From contig DLGE01000007.1 in assembly GCA_002482535.1 (NCBI GenBank), positions 129,325 to 193,324 of the forward strand: a DNA stretch of 64,000 nucleotides, read 5' to 3'. The translations under genes and the position numbers were made by a program. Source of the stretch: Peptococcaceae bacterium UBA7702. Its GTDB lineage: Bacteria > Bacillota > Dehalobacteriia > UBA7702. Each line of letters starts with the position of its first letter. Positions within the stretch are counted from its first letter, which is position 1. The notes beneath the pieces were generated by a model, which was given only the letters and a program-made list of their open reading frames with translations, was not told where the DNA came from and did not search any database. Positions 48,240 through 58,255 of this stretch are shown piece after piece.

Positions 48240-48986
48240 ATGCAAACCGCTTCCCGTGTCCTTAACCATTTGAAAGTAGCGTTTCCCCGCACCGTACCGA
48301 TTCTTTTGGGCTATCTGTTTCTCGGCATCGCCTTCGGTATTTTACTGACCGAAAAAGGATATCATTGGTTATGGGCCGTTTTTATGGGTTTGGTGATCTA
48401 CGCCGGCATGGGCCAGTTCGTCGCCGTCAACATGCTTCTTCCCGGCGTGAACTTTCTAAACGCTTTTCTGCTCCAGCTCACACTCAATGCCCGTCATATC
48501 TTTTACGGGCTTTCCATGCTGGAAACCTTTAAAATCATGGGCAAACGAAAACCCTACATGATCTTTGCCCTGACCGATGAAACGTATTCCCTGCTCTGCT
48601 CCGCCAAGGTGCCCGCGGGCATTGATGCAAGAAACTACTACTTTTTCATTGCCCTCCTCAACCAGGGCTACTGGATCCTCGGCTGCGCCTTAGGCGGGCT
48701 TATCGGCTCGCTGCTCACCTTCAACAGCACCGGCATCGATTTCATTATGACGGCACTGTTCCTTACCATCGCCGTGGATCAATGGCGGGAAACAAAAGAC
48801 CATATTCCGGTATTCACCGGCTTTGCCTGCGCTCTCCTGTGTCTCCTGCTTTTTGGCGCAAATCATTTCATCATTCCTTCCCTGCTCTGTATCACTGTTT
48901 GCCTGCTGATCCTGCGCAAACCCATGGAGAACAGGGAAGCAAAGGAAAAAGCAGCAATCAGGGAGGTGGACACCGATGCTCTCTAA
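48240..48986 (+). CDS. azlC: AzlC-family branched-chain amino-acid permease subunit
   Basis: MQTASRVLNHLKVAFPRTVPILLGYLFLGIAFGILL… RBS AAGGAG. Confidence 0.8.
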   Translation: MQTASRVLNHLKVAFPRTVPILLGYLFLGIAFGILLTEKGYHWLWAVFMGLVIYAGMGQFVAVNMLLPGVNFLNAFLLQLTLNARHIFYGLSMLETFKIMGKRKPYMIFALTDETYSLLCSAKVPAGIDARNYYFFIALLNQGYWILGCALGGLIGSLLTFNSTGIDFIMTALFLTIAVDQWRETKDHIPVFTGFACALLCLLLFGANHFIIPSLLCITVCLLILRKPMENREAKEKAAIREVDTDAL

Positions 48987-49305
48987 CACCTCTATGCTGC
49001 TATATGTATTGATCACTGCCGCTGCGGTGATCATCACCAGAGGCTTTACCTTCCTTCTCTTTCCGGCTGGAAAACAAACGCCCAAGGTCATTCTTTTCTT
49101 AGGCAAGGCGTTGCCTTGCGCTTTGATGGCCCTGCTCATTGTCTATTGCCTGAAAAACACATCGCCTCTTCTTTATCCTTACGGGTTACCCGAAGCCATC
49201 GCCATTGCCGCGGTGATTCTGCTGCACCTGTGGAAGAAGAATAATCTACTCAGCATTGCCGGGGGCACGATCCTTTATATGATTCTTGTACAATTTGTAT
49301 TTTAA
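48976..49305 (+). CDS. azlD: AzlD-family transporter subunit
   Basis: 109-aa membrane protein overlapping the azlC end. GGAGGTGG RBS. Confidence 0.7.
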   Translation: MLSNTSMLLYVLITAAAVIITRGFTFLLFPAGKQTPKVILFLGKALPCALMALLIVYCLKNTSPLLYPYGLPEAIAIAAVILLHLWKKNNLLSIAGGTILYMILVQFVF

Positions 49306-49363
49306 TCGCGGTTTTATTATGGTATAATAAACAAAATTCTATACATGAAAGGAAGTGGTGTTT

Positions 49364-49681
49364 ATGCTGCTTACCACTTGTGACCAAATTCCTGGGAAAG
49401 AATATACGGTACTCGGTTTTGTCATGGGATCCTTTGTCAATTCCAAAAACATCGCCAAGGACATCGGCGCCGGCCTGAAATCCCTCGTCGGCGGTGAACT
49501 GAAGAGTTATACCAAACTAATGGAAGATTCAAGACTGGAAGCGCTTCGTAAAATGGTCACTGAAGCGGAAAAACTCAACGCCGACGCCGTCGTCACGGTG
49601 CGCCTCTCCTCCAGTTCGATCATGGATGGAGCTGCGGAACTGCTTGCCTACGGCACCGCTGTAAAATTTAACGCGAGGTAA
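49364..49681 (+). CDS. YbjQ (UPF0145)-family protein
   Basis: MLLTTCDQIPGKEYTVLGFVMGS…. Confidence 0.75.
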   Translation: MLLTTCDQIPGKEYTVLGFVMGSFVNSKNIAKDIGAGLKSLVGGELKSYTKLMEDSRLEALRKMVTEAEKLNADAVVTVRLSSSSIMDGAAELLAYGTAVKFNAR

Positions 49682-49684
49682 ACA

Positions 49685-50314
49685 ATGAAAGTTCTTCTCA
49701 TCAACGGCAGCTGTCATAAAAATGGCTGTACCTTTACGGCGCTGACCGAAATCGAAACAACTCTAAAATCCGAGGGCATTGAGGCCGAAATCATCCAAAT
49801 CGGCAGCGAAGCCATAAAAGACTGCACGGCCTGCGGTAAATGCCGTACCTTGGATAACAAGTGCGTCTTCGGCGACGACGATATGGTCAACGAGATTTTA
49901 GCCAAGGCGGCGAAAGCCGACGGTTTTGTTTTCGGTACGCCGGTCTATTACGCCCATCCCAGCGGCCGTATTCTCTCTTTGCTGAATCGCCTGTTCTATG
50001 CCGGCGGCAAATCATTTGCCTATAAACCCGGGGCAGCGGTGGCATCGGCGCGGCGCGCCGGTACCACCGCCTCCATCGATGTCCTCAACAAATATTTTAC
50101 CATCTGTAATATGCCGGTGGTTTCCTCCCAATACTGGAACATGGTCCACGGCAACCGCGCCGAAGAAGCAAAACAGGACGAAGAGGGTATGCAGACCATG
50201 CGCGCCCTTGGCGCCAACATGGCCTGGCTCTTAAAGTGCATCGAAGCCGGCAAAGCAAAGGGCATCGTCCCCAGCCACCGGGAGCAACGCATCATGACCA
50301 ACTTCATCCGCTGA
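49685..50314 (+). CDS. flavodoxin-fold NAD(P)H-dependent FMN reductase / iron-sulfur flavoprotein-like
   Basis: MKVLLINGSCHKNGCTFTALTEIE… …GTPVYYAHPSG…. Confidence 0.7.
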   Translation: MKVLLINGSCHKNGCTFTALTEIETTLKSEGIEAEIIQIGSEAIKDCTACGKCRTLDNKCVFGDDDMVNEILAKAAKADGFVFGTPVYYAHPSGRILSLLNRLFYAGGKSFAYKPGAAVASARRAGTTASIDVLNKYFTICNMPVVSSQYWNMVHGNRAEEAKQDEEGMQTMRALGANMAWLLKCIEAGKAKGIVPSHREQRIMTNFIR

Positions 50315-50327
50315 TACAATGCCACCT

Positions 50328-50358
50328 AAAAAGACTGCCCCGGTGGGGCAGTCTTTTT
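50328..50358. terminator. bidirectional terminator
   Basis: aaaagactgccccggtggggcagtctttttt. Confidence 0.6.
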
Positions 50359-50386
50359 TCACGTAGACTGAAATCCGTTTCTCTAT

Positions 50387-51616
50387 TCATTCCAGGAGCA
50401 GTAGACCGAAATATTTTACGTATTCCGTTTTATCCTTTAGGGTACGCAACGCGTAACCTTGCCCCCGTACGGTGGCAAAAACGTCGATGCCGGCGCTTTC
50501 CATGGAGGGCCGGGTGGCCGTGCATTTTTTAGGCGGAGTCGGTTTTTTGCACTCCGTACAGAGGCTGCAAGGCCCGGCCCAATAAGCGAAGGCTTTGTAA
50601 AAACCGGCTTTGAAGGCTGTTTTTTCGGCTTTCAGCATCATGCGCTGAAAATCAGCGGTGGGGGGCTGTCCCTCAATCAGCAAGGCACTGCTATAATCCG
50701 CTAACTTCGTTCGAGTTTCCGCCTCATCGGGGCTAAAGGGCGGACAATGCCGTTGGCCATAACTGGAACAGCCAAAACGGCAATGATCCCTGACCCAAGA
50801 AGCGGTGACCACTGCGGAAGGGTCTATTTTTTTTACGGAATGAACCGGCAACTGCTTCAAGGCAGCGATCAAGCGATCCTCCGCGGTGAGAGTCAGTTTT
50901 GCCAAAACAGTTTCGTTTCTTGCCATGAAAACGGCGGAATAATCGGCGGAAACCCCCACCGGCGCCGTGCAGAAAAGTTCATGCTCCTCACAGTAAGCGG
51001 CCAGCAGCCCATCATCGAGGATAGGGATATCTTTGCCTTCCAAATGCTTTCGGTAAAGTTCCGCTGCTCCGGATAGGCCGTAATGACCGCGAAAATAGCC
51101 CAGCACCGTGATGATACCCTCGGGAGAACATCGTGGCACAAGGTCATCATCGAGGCTGCCGCCAAAGAGAAAATCATAGGGAGCATCATTTCCGGCTTTG
51201 CCTTCCCCGTTGTTCAAAACTGTTTGCAAGGGAAAATCCTCTGCCAAAAAGTGCTTGCCCTGCACTTCCCCTAAAAGCAGGAGCAACTGCTGCCAAAGGA
51301 AGCTTTCGTTGATCACGGTGAAATCAGCATGATAAGACGGGGAGGATTTCATCAGATAGGCGGCGCTCACGGGAGCATTAAAGACCTGGCCGTCGGCGAT
51401 CACGATGAGACCGGCGTGGTAAAGTACATCCAGGAAACCTTCGGCGGCGACGGGGTCACTGTCGATCATGGCACTGATTTCCTCAAGGGGCCGTCCCTCG
51501 GCGAGGGCGTCAAAAAGTCCCAAAGAAAGCGCTGTTTGCAACAGTGGAAAAACTTCCTTTTGCCCATAGAGGGCGGTGAGGAAATCGTAATCATAATGCT
51601 GAGCATCGGCCTTCAT
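50387..51616 (-). CDS. fusion protein with N-terminal unknown domain and C-terminal DUF2284-like Cys-rich metal-binding domain
   Basis: C-terminus …CRFGCSSYGQRHCPPF…GPCSLCTECKK… Its start overlaps the hyuB stop (ATGA). Confidence 0.5.
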   Translation of the reverse strand: MKADAQHYDYDFLTALYGQKEVFPLLQTALSLGLFDALAEGRPLEEISAMIDSDPVAAEGFLDVLYHAGLIVIADGQVFNAPVSAAYLMKSSPSYHADFTVINESFLWQQLLLLLGEVQGKHFLAEDFPLQTVLNNGEGKAGNDAPYDFLFGGSLDDDLVPRCSPEGIITVLGYFRGHYGLSGAAELYRKHLEGKDIPILDDGLLAAYCEEHELFCTAPVGVSADYSAVFMARNETVLAKLTLTAEDRLIAALKQLPVHSVKKIDPSAVVTASWVRDHCRFGCSSYGQRHCPPFSPDEAETRTKLADYSSALLIEGQPPTADFQRMMLKAEKTAFKAGFYKAFAYWAGPCSLCTECKKPTPPKKCTATRPSMESAGIDVFATVRGQGYALRTLKDKTEYVKYFGLLLLE

Positions 51617-53418
51617 GATTCTCCCCTCCCCTCGGTTTCAGCAGGATGATCCATGGAACCATCGCTCTTTTTGGCTAAGTTGGCGTTTTCCCCTGCTTCC
51701 CGCAGTTTACGAGTTTTTGCCATATCGACACCGCCCTCCGTAAGCGCCACTGCGTAAACGGACTCTGCCGCTTCCTTTGAAACAATGCCGTCAAGGACAT
51801 CTTCGTATACTTTTTGCGGATCACGTTTTTTCGGGTCCCCCCAACCGCCGCCGCCGGAGGAAAACAGCAAAACCTTATCGCCCTTCGCCGCTTCTCTCGG
51901 TGCCTCCTTGCCGTCAAAAGCGTCGGCAATGCCGTGATGAACAAAATAGCCGCCGTTGAAGCTGCCGTCACCGCCGCCGTTGCATCCTTGAGGCGCGAAT
52001 TTCAGCCCGTTACCAAAATTCACAATATGACTGCTTTCCGCGTAGAGCTCAAAGCCGTAGCGCATCCCGGCGCCGCCCCGGTATTCTCCTGCCCCGGCGG
52101 TATCCGCGGTCATTTCGTGGTAAAGCGTTATGTGAGGGTACTGCACCTCGTTGGACTCAATATCCGGTGTTTTTACGCCGCCGAAATTGGACATCGCCGC
52201 CATATAGGCCTTGCCGTCATACCCCTGCATGGCACCGCCGCTCCCCAGGGAGCAGAAGGAAAAGCCCACATAATAGCGGTTGTTTCGGGGATCGACGCCG
52301 AAAAACGTCGGCCCGTTATAGCTGGCATAGCCGGCGCAGACACGGTCGGGAACCGCTTTGTTCAGGGCCATAAAGATCGTGGTGATGATTTCACTGGCCG
52401 GCGTAAGGGTGCAAAAGGTCATCGGCGCCGGCTCCTTTGGATTGACCAGGGAACCTTCGGGCAGTACCACATCGATACAGCGGAAAGCGCCGCCGTTACG
52501 GGGAATATCAGCGCCGAGGAACCAGAGGGCGGCAATCCCCGCGGCGGTGGTCGCCGTCACCACAGAGGTATTGATGAAACCTGTTACCTGGCGGTGGGTA
52601 CCACTGAAATCAATCAACATGGCTTCACCGACAATTCTAACGGTCACCGCGATTTTCACCGGCGCTTCCTGAAAACCGTCGTCGTCCACGTAGCCAACGG
52701 CATGATAGTTGCCGTCAGGCACTTCGCCGATGCGCTTTCTGGTCAGTCGTTCCGTTTGTGTCAAAATCTCCTTCACCGCTTTTTTCACCGTGGCGGCGGT
52801 ATACCGTTGAATCATCTCCCCGAGGCGTTTCACAGCAATGCGGTTTGCGCCCATCTGGGCCAAAAGATCGCTTTGGAGCATCCCGGGATTCCTGGTGTTG
52901 ATCAAAATCAACCGGAATACTTCTTCATCCATTTTGTGCCGCCTCACCAAGCGCGTAGGTGGAATGCGCAGCCCTTCCTGGAAAATCTCGGTGGCACGAG
53001 GGTTATAGCTCCCTGCCGTAGAGCCGCCGATATCACCGTGATGCGCCCGGCTAACGCAGAAGAACAGCAGCTCTCCTTCGAAAAACACCGGCGTGATGAT
53101 ACCGATATCGGGGAGATGGTTGCCGCCGTCATAGGGATCGTTGATGATGAAAACATCGCCGTCGGCAATCTCTCCGTTATAATGCTCCAACACGGCCTTT
53201 ACGCTAAAGGAACCTGCCGTGGCCAGGATGGGAATACCACTGAGCTGGGAAACAAGCTCCCCTTGGCCGTCACAGATACAACAGGCAAAATCACAGGCCT
53301 CGGCAAAAATCGGCGAGTGGGCGGCGTGCTCCAAGGTCAGACCCATTTCTCCGGCAATGGAATCGAGGCGGTTGGCGATCACCGTCCGCAGGATGATCTC
53401 CTCACTGTCCTTGACCAT
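51613..53418 (-). CDS. hyuB: hydantoinase B / oxoprolinase-family protein (HyuB)
   Basis: MVKDSEEIILRTVIANRLDSIAGEMGLTLEHAAHSPIFAEACDFACCICD… is typical of HyuB. AAGGAGGG sits 8 nt before the ATG at 53418 (the listed 53478 start lacks an RBS). Overlaps the hyuA end by 17 nt. Confidence 0.8.
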   Translation of the reverse strand: MVKDSEEIILRTVIANRLDSIAGEMGLTLEHAAHSPIFAEACDFACCICDGQGELVSQLSGIPILATAGSFSVKAVLEHYNGEIADGDVFIINDPYDGGNHLPDIGIITPVFFEGELLFFCVSRAHHGDIGGSTAGSYNPRATEIFQEGLRIPPTRLVRRHKMDEEVFRLILINTRNPGMLQSDLLAQMGANRIAVKRLGEMIQRYTAATVKKAVKEILTQTERLTRKRIGEVPDGNYHAVGYVDDDGFQEAPVKIAVTVRIVGEAMLIDFSGTHRQVTGFINTSVVTATTAAGIAALWFLGADIPRNGGAFRCIDVVLPEGSLVNPKEPAPMTFCTLTPASEIITTIFMALNKAVPDRVCAGYASYNGPTFFGVDPRNNRYYVGFSFCSLGSGGAMQGYDGKAYMAAMSNFGGVKTPDIESNEVQYPHITLYHEMTADTAGAGEYRGGAGMRYGFELYAESSHIVNFGNGLKFAPQGCNGGGDGSFNGGYFVHHGIADAFDGKEAPREAAKGDKVLLFSSGGGGWGDPKKRDPQKVYEDVLDGIVSKEAAESVYAVALTEGGVDMAKTRKLREAGENANLAKKSDGSMDHPAETEGRGES

Positions 53419-55501
53419 ATTCTTTCCCTCCTTTCCTTGGGCTTTCTTGGCTTTTTCTGATGGAACAGACACCGTCATGGATCACCGCAGTTTCAAAACC
53501 TTTAGGGAGCAGCATGGTCGTGTCGTTAAAAGCGATCAGGGCGGGACCGGTCAAGACTTCCTGGAGATCGCAGCTGTGGTAAACCGGCACAGAGATCATG
53601 CCACTTAAGCCAAAGGGTTCACCGGCGACCTTTGCTGCTCCCGGCCCTTGCCTTTCTGTCTCAAAAGGAAAGAGACGGTGCTTGACGCCCTTTTCGTAAC
53701 ATTCCAGTTGAAAATGGACGATCTCCCAGGCCTTCTCCGGTTCGGCGTAGCCGTAGAGAGCTTCGTGTTTCCTGTAAAAAGCTGCGGCAAGGGAAGCGGG
53801 ATCCGTCAAATAAGCAGCCTCCCAGACCACGGGAATCTCGTGATGCTGACCGACGGCGCGCATTTCCGCTGTGACGCGAAACGCGATATTTTTTGGAGCA
53901 ACGCCGAGACGGCGAAGCTCCGCCGCTCCCGCAGCCTTCATTCCTTGCAGTCTCGTTTCAATGGCCGACGCGTCAAAATGATCCTGCTCCATAAAGAAAC
54001 TGCGGGAAAAATCGCAGCGGCGGGCAGCCCCCAGCATACCCCAGGCGCAAAACACCGGGGAGGTCACGGGAAAGAGCACTTCCCGCATGTTCAGGGTTTC
54101 CATGACATTGGCGGCGAACAGCGGAAAAGCGCCGCCGGCGCTGATCAGAGTATAGTCCCGGCTATCCTGGCCTTTGGCCACGGTAACGAGGCGGAGGGCG
54201 TCGGCCGTCATTTCCACGGCGACCCGATAGATCATATCCGCTGCCGCCACAGTACCGATGCCTAAGGGAGCAGCCACTTTTTCTTTCATCAGCGCCGCGG
54301 CCTTATCATGGCACAGTTGCAGCTTGCCCCCGAGGAATTGCCTTTGGGGAAAAAGCCCCAGCAGCAAGAGGGCGTCGGTAATGGTAATTTCTTTGCCACC
54401 CTGGCCGTAACAGACCGGTCCGGGTTGGGAACCGGCGGATTCGGGACCGATCAGCAAGCGGCCCCCCTCATCCACCCGAATGATACTGCCGCCGCCGGCG
54501 CCGACGGAATGAATGTTGACCATGGGCAGAGACAAGGGATAACCATCGATCTCCCCGCCGGGAACCAACTTCTGCCCTTCACCATCTAAAACGTGGACGT
54601 CGAAGCTGGTGCCGCCCATATCCGCTAAAATTGTCCGCTTCTTCGCGCAGAGTCCGCTCAACCCGTCATTGCCGCAAGCGCCGCCGGCCGGACCGGACAT
54701 CAGTGTTTTTACGGCGAGCTCCGACTGGGCGTCGATGTCACTGACACCGCCACTGTTCATCATGATGTGGATCGGCTTTTCCCAACCGTAGGCCGTAAGC
54801 CTTGTTTTTAAGGCGGCGAGGTAATCCTTTAAAAGCGGCGAGAGATAGGCATTGAGCACCGTGGTGACCGTGCGCTCGTACTCCCTGATCCGCGGCGCCA
54901 CATCGGAAGAAAGTGTCACGAAGACTCCGGGCAGTTCCCGACGGATGATTTCCGCTGTCTTTCTTTCGTGCTCCGGATTTAGAAAGGAAAACAGATAACA
55001 GACGGCAATGGCTTTTACTTTGGCCCTGCGGCATACTTCACAGGCTTTGATCACGCTTTCTTCCTCTAATTCCCGGATCACCTCGCCTTTATAATCCATG
55101 CGTTGGGCGATACCCAAGCGCAATCGCCGGGGAATGAGCACCGGCGGGGTCAACGCCCGCAAATCCCATTGGTTTTTCAGTTGCGCGCGGCGAATTTCCA
55201 GTGCGTCACGAAAACCCTCTGTTGTAAGGAGCGCCGTTTTAACGCCCTTCTTTTCCAGAAGAGCGTTCAGCGCCAGGGTAGTTCCATAAACAATCTGTTC
55301 CGTTTCCTTTAACAAATCTGGAAGTGTAAAGCCGAAAGCAGCCGCCAGTTCCGTCAAACCGGCAATGATGCTTTCAACAGGGTCTTCCTGATTTGTGGGA
55401 TATTTGACAAAATGCCGTTCATCGGGATGCTCCTCCCCGATTCGTTCGGCGGTAAAATCCGTGAAGGTACCGCCGGTATCGATCGCTATTTTGATCATCA
55501 T
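53402..55501 (-). CDS. hyuA: hydantoinase A / oxoprolinase-family protein (HyuA; ATP-dependent)
   Basis: MMIKIAIDTGGTFTDFTAE… (actin-like ATPase N-terminus of hydantoinase A), 699 aa. Confidence 0.85.
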   Translation of the reverse strand: MMIKIAIDTGGTFTDFTAERIGEEHPDERHFVKYPTNQEDPVESIIAGLTELAAAFGFTLPDLLKETEQIVYGTTLALNALLEKKGVKTALLTTEGFRDALEIRRAQLKNQWDLRALTPPVLIPRRLRLGIAQRMDYKGEVIRELEEESVIKACEVCRRAKVKAIAVCYLFSFLNPEHERKTAEIIRRELPGVFVTLSSDVAPRIREYERTVTTVLNAYLSPLLKDYLAALKTRLTAYGWEKPIHIMMNSGGVSDIDAQSELAVKTLMSGPAGGACGNDGLSGLCAKKRTILADMGGTSFDVHVLDGEGQKLVPGGEIDGYPLSLPMVNIHSVGAGGGSIIRVDEGGRLLIGPESAGSQPGPVCYGQGGKEITITDALLLLGLFPQRQFLGGKLQLCHDKAAALMKEKVAAPLGIGTVAAADMIYRVAVEMTADALRLVTVAKGQDSRDYTLISAGGAFPLFAANVMETLNMREVLFPVTSPVFCAWGMLGAARRCDFSRSFFMEQDHFDASAIETRLQGMKAAGAAELRRLGVAPKNIAFRVTAEMRAVGQHHEIPVVWEAAYLTDPASLAAAFYRKHEALYGYAEPEKAWEIVHFQLECYEKGVKHRLFPFETERQGPGAAKVAGEPFGLSGMISVPVYHSCDLQEVLTGPALIAFNDTTMLLPKGFETAVIHDGVCSIRKSQESPRKGGKEYGQGQ

Positions 55502-55514
55502 TTCACCTTCTGCC

Positions 55515-56888
55515 TTATTTCACGTATCGATGCAGCCGTTTCACCGCTTCCGCTACCCTCTCATCCATCTCGATTTTAGGCGAAAAGCCCGAGAGAGGCT
55601 TGGTGGCATCGATCCCCATTTTCGAAGTGCGGCTCAGTTCATCGGTGGAGGGATCCAAGGTGACCCCCATGCCGAGGTGCTGGGGCAGGATGGTTACGCC
55701 ATAGTCAGCCTGAAGCCGCGTGGCCAAGGCCCAGAGAACCTCCTCCTCATTGAAAACATCGACGTCCTCATCGACGACGATCACCATTTTGATGTTGTGA
55801 TCCACGGCAAAAGCCGCGTAGATTGCCTGTTGAGGCTGGCCTTCGGCGATTTTTTTCATGGAGATGTAGCAATGAAAGAGGCCGCAAGCGGAAAAGGGAG
55901 CGTGGACGGCTTTGATGTTGGGCAGCGTCTGATGGAGGGCGTTCAATACATCCCCTTCCCGCTGGATGGCGACGACAGTGATGTGTTCGCTGCTCATCCC
56001 CGGAGTGATATCGTGGTAAAAAGCATTTTCCCGGTAGCGTATGGCGTTTACCTGAAACACATTTTCCGTACTGCGGAAACAGGCGTAATTGGTGAATTCG
56101 GCGAAGGGACCTTCCTTTTCACGGACACCGGCAAGAATTTCCCCCTCCAGAACGATTTCGGCGTAGGCGGGTACCTGGAGATCCGAAGTAACACAATCCG
56201 CCACCTGGAGGGGTTCCCCGAAAAGCCCGGCGATGGCGCCGTATTTACCTTGGTCATAGGGGATGAGGGCCATAGAACCAAGGGCAATGTTGGGGTGTAC
56301 GCCGATGACCACGGCGGCTTTGAGATTTTCGCCCCGCTCTTCACTGCGGCGGAAATACTCCCAAAGGCGCTGGCGGGAATGGAGGGAGATCCCCAGCTTG
56401 TTTTTGCCCTTTAACTGCATACGGTGAAACCCCAAGGTCTCTACGCCGCTCTCGGGATCCCGGGCCACACAGAGGCCGCTGGTCACATAGGGACCGGCGT
56501 CGATGGGAAAATGGGTGGGGATCGGCAGATCGTAAAGATTGACCTCATCCCCGGTGAGACAATGGGCGTCACAGGGCGGGTTTTCGGTAATTTTCACTTC
56601 CTCAATGCGGTTTTTGATGCGGTTGGCATAAGCCGCTGCCACTTCGTCGGCGCTAACGCCAAGGCCCTCGGCAAACCGCTCGCGACAGCCAAGGATGTTG
56701 GTAACCACGGGAAAAGCGCTGTTTTCCACCTGATCGAAGACGACAATGGGATGACGGCGCTCTTTTTCCAGATCCATCATCAAGGTGGTCATTTCATAAT
56801 CTCTTTTGACGGATTCTGCGACATGGCGAAGGTTCCCCGCGGCCTTGGCCCGGTTTAAAAAATCTCTTAGATCCTGACTCTGACTCAT
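55515..56888 (-). CDS. UbiD-family (prFMN-dependent) decarboxylase/carboxylase
   Basis: MSQSQDLRDFLNRAKAAGNLRHVAESVKRDYEMTTLMMDLEKERRHPIVVFDQVENSAFPVVTNILG… is colinear with UbiD. AAGGAG sits 7 nt before the ATG at 56888 (the listed 56981 start overlaps the upstream gene). Confidence 0.85.
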   Translation of the reverse strand: MSQSQDLRDFLNRAKAAGNLRHVAESVKRDYEMTTLMMDLEKERRHPIVVFDQVENSAFPVVTNILGCRERFAEGLGVSADEVAAAYANRIKNRIEEVKITENPPCDAHCLTGDEVNLYDLPIPTHFPIDAGPYVTSGLCVARDPESGVETLGFHRMQLKGKNKLGISLHSRQRLWEYFRRSEERGENLKAAVVIGVHPNIALGSMALIPYDQGKYGAIAGLFGEPLQVADCVTSDLQVPAYAEIVLEGEILAGVREKEGPFAEFTNYACFRSTENVFQVNAIRYRENAFYHDITPGMSSEHITVVAIQREGDVLNALHQTLPNIKAVHAPFSACGLFHCYISMKKIAEGQPQQAIYAAFAVDHNIKMVIVVDEDVDVFNEEEVLWALATRLQADYGVTILPQHLGMGVTLDPSTDELSRTSKMGIDATKPLSGFSPKIEMDERVAEAVKRLHRYVK

Positions 56889-56908
56889 ATCGTTTCTCCT
56901 TATCTTCT

Positions 56909-57475
56909 TTATCGAGTCAATCCCGATTTCTTCAACGCGTCGTAGGCCAATTTGGTCAGCACCGTGGAGCAGGGCCAACAAACGGCAATCACGATCAACG
57001 TTTCCACCAGGGCGACATTCACCGGTAGATTATAGATCAGGATGAGCCCCACGAAAACAATGGCGTTGCCCAAAACATTGCAGAAAAATTGGGCGAGAAT
57101 ATGATGGCTCCATTTTTCCATGGAATACCGTTTGGCCACCAGGGAAACGCCGAGGGAACCCAAGGCATTGGCAAAAACAAAGGCCAGCCAAAGAGGGCTG
57201 TACCAAATGGAGATCAGCGCCTCCACTTCCCCGGCGATCAACCCCGCGGGCTGACGGTAAAGCAAGGCGATGATGCCGGTAAAAAAGGCCCAGCAGGTGC
57301 CGTTGATCAGATACATCCCGGCTTTACCCGTGGGCAGCAGGTTATCGATGAACCCCGTGGCTTGACAGGCGATGACAAAGACGATGCCCAAGATCACGGA
57401 GCCCACCAGGGCTTTGGTGTCGGTTCTGAAAAAGCTGTTGTGCTGGGCAAGTTCTTTTGGTTGAGACATGGTCAT
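56909..57475 (-). CDS. ECF-transporter substrate-specific (S) component (CbrT/ThiW-like size, 188 aa, 5-6 TM)
   Basis: Small hydrophobic protein directly downstream of EcfT and EcfA-A. Given the B12-riboswitch context, a corrinoid-type S component is plausible. Confidence 0.55.
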   Translation of the reverse strand: MTMSQPKELAQHNSFFRTDTKALVGSVILGIVFVIACQATGFIDNLLPTGKAGMYLINGTCWAFFTGIIALLYRQPAGLIAGEVEALISIWYSPLWLAFVFANALGSLGVSLVAKRYSMEKWSHHILAQFFCNVLGNAIVFVGLILIYNLPVNVALVETLIVIAVCWPCSTVLTKLAYDALKKSGLTR

Positions 57476-57499
57476 TTCCTCCTAAAATTTACTTAATAC

Positions 57500-58255
57500 T
57501 TAAATATGAATATAGAAATTTAAAACAATAAAGGCAATGGGCAGCAAAAAGCAGCAGCCGATTTCGGCGGCGGTGAGATGCAGCTCCTTGGAGAAGGTCC
57601 GCCTTTCACTTTTACCGAAGCCCCTCAACTCCATGGAAAGGGCGATTTCTGAAGTGCGGCGGAGGGCCCGGTAGAGAAAGGGCATCACGGTGAGGGGCAT
57701 CATTTTAACGCGGTTTACCAGGCCGGCGGCAGCCACGCCGCGGACTGCCTGGCTATCGCTGATTGACGCGTACTCCTCCTTGAGCAGCGGCAAAAACCGC
57801 GCCGCCATCGTGATCAGCATCGCGTAACGGTAAGGCACACGAAAGCCGATGAGCATCAGCACGGCGTCCTCCGACGGCGTCCAGGTCATCATCTGAATCG
57901 CTGCCAAAGAAACGGCGACGGTGCGCAAGAGGCCAAGGAGTGCGGCGGGGAGGGCGCCGCTGTAGACTTCGAGGATTCCCCACTGCCAGATCACCACACC
58001 TTCCCTGTTAAAGAGCAACTGCATCAGAAAGAGCTGTGAGGCGACGATGAGGAAAAGCAGCAGCAAAATGCTGTACTTTTTCACACTCCCCGTCAAAAAC
58101 AGATCGGTAAAAAACACCAGGGCAATGATAATGGCCTGGGTAGCCAAAGAAGGAGACAGCAGCGCGGTGAAGAGCAATGTGAGGCACCAAATCAATTTCA
58201 GGCGGGGGTCAAAAATATCAGACCGCTTTCTCTTCATGTTCATCTTCATGTTCAT
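57500..58255 (-). CDS. ecfT: ECF-transporter transmembrane (T) component EcfT/CbiQ-family
   Basis: …LKLIWCLTLLFTALL… matches EcfT-type hydrophobic topology. Confidence 0.75.
   Translation of the reverse strand: MNMKMNMKRKRSDIFDPRLKLIWCLTLLFTALLSPSLATQAIIIALVFFTDLFLTGSVKKYSILLLLFLIVASQLFLMQLLFNREGVVIWQWGILEVYSGALPAALLGLLRTVAVSLAAIQMMTWTPSEDAVLMLIGFRVPYRYAMLITMAARFLPLLKEEYASISDSQAVRGVAAAGLVNRVKMMPLTVMPFLYRALRRTSEIALSMELRGFGKSERRTFSKELHLTAAEIGCCFLLPIAFIVLNFYIHI

Noticed and set aside
51814-53460. 548-aa plus-strand ORF, and other long antisense ORFs (43652-44515, 46042-46959, 18486-19298, 6063-7193, 29747-30346)
   Set aside because: They lie antisense to genes with strong family-level homology (HyuB, Fe-ADH, MtaA-like, kinase/MttB). 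Their products are low-complexity Arg/Gly/His-rich. They lack an RBS. They are typical GC-rich antisense artefacts.
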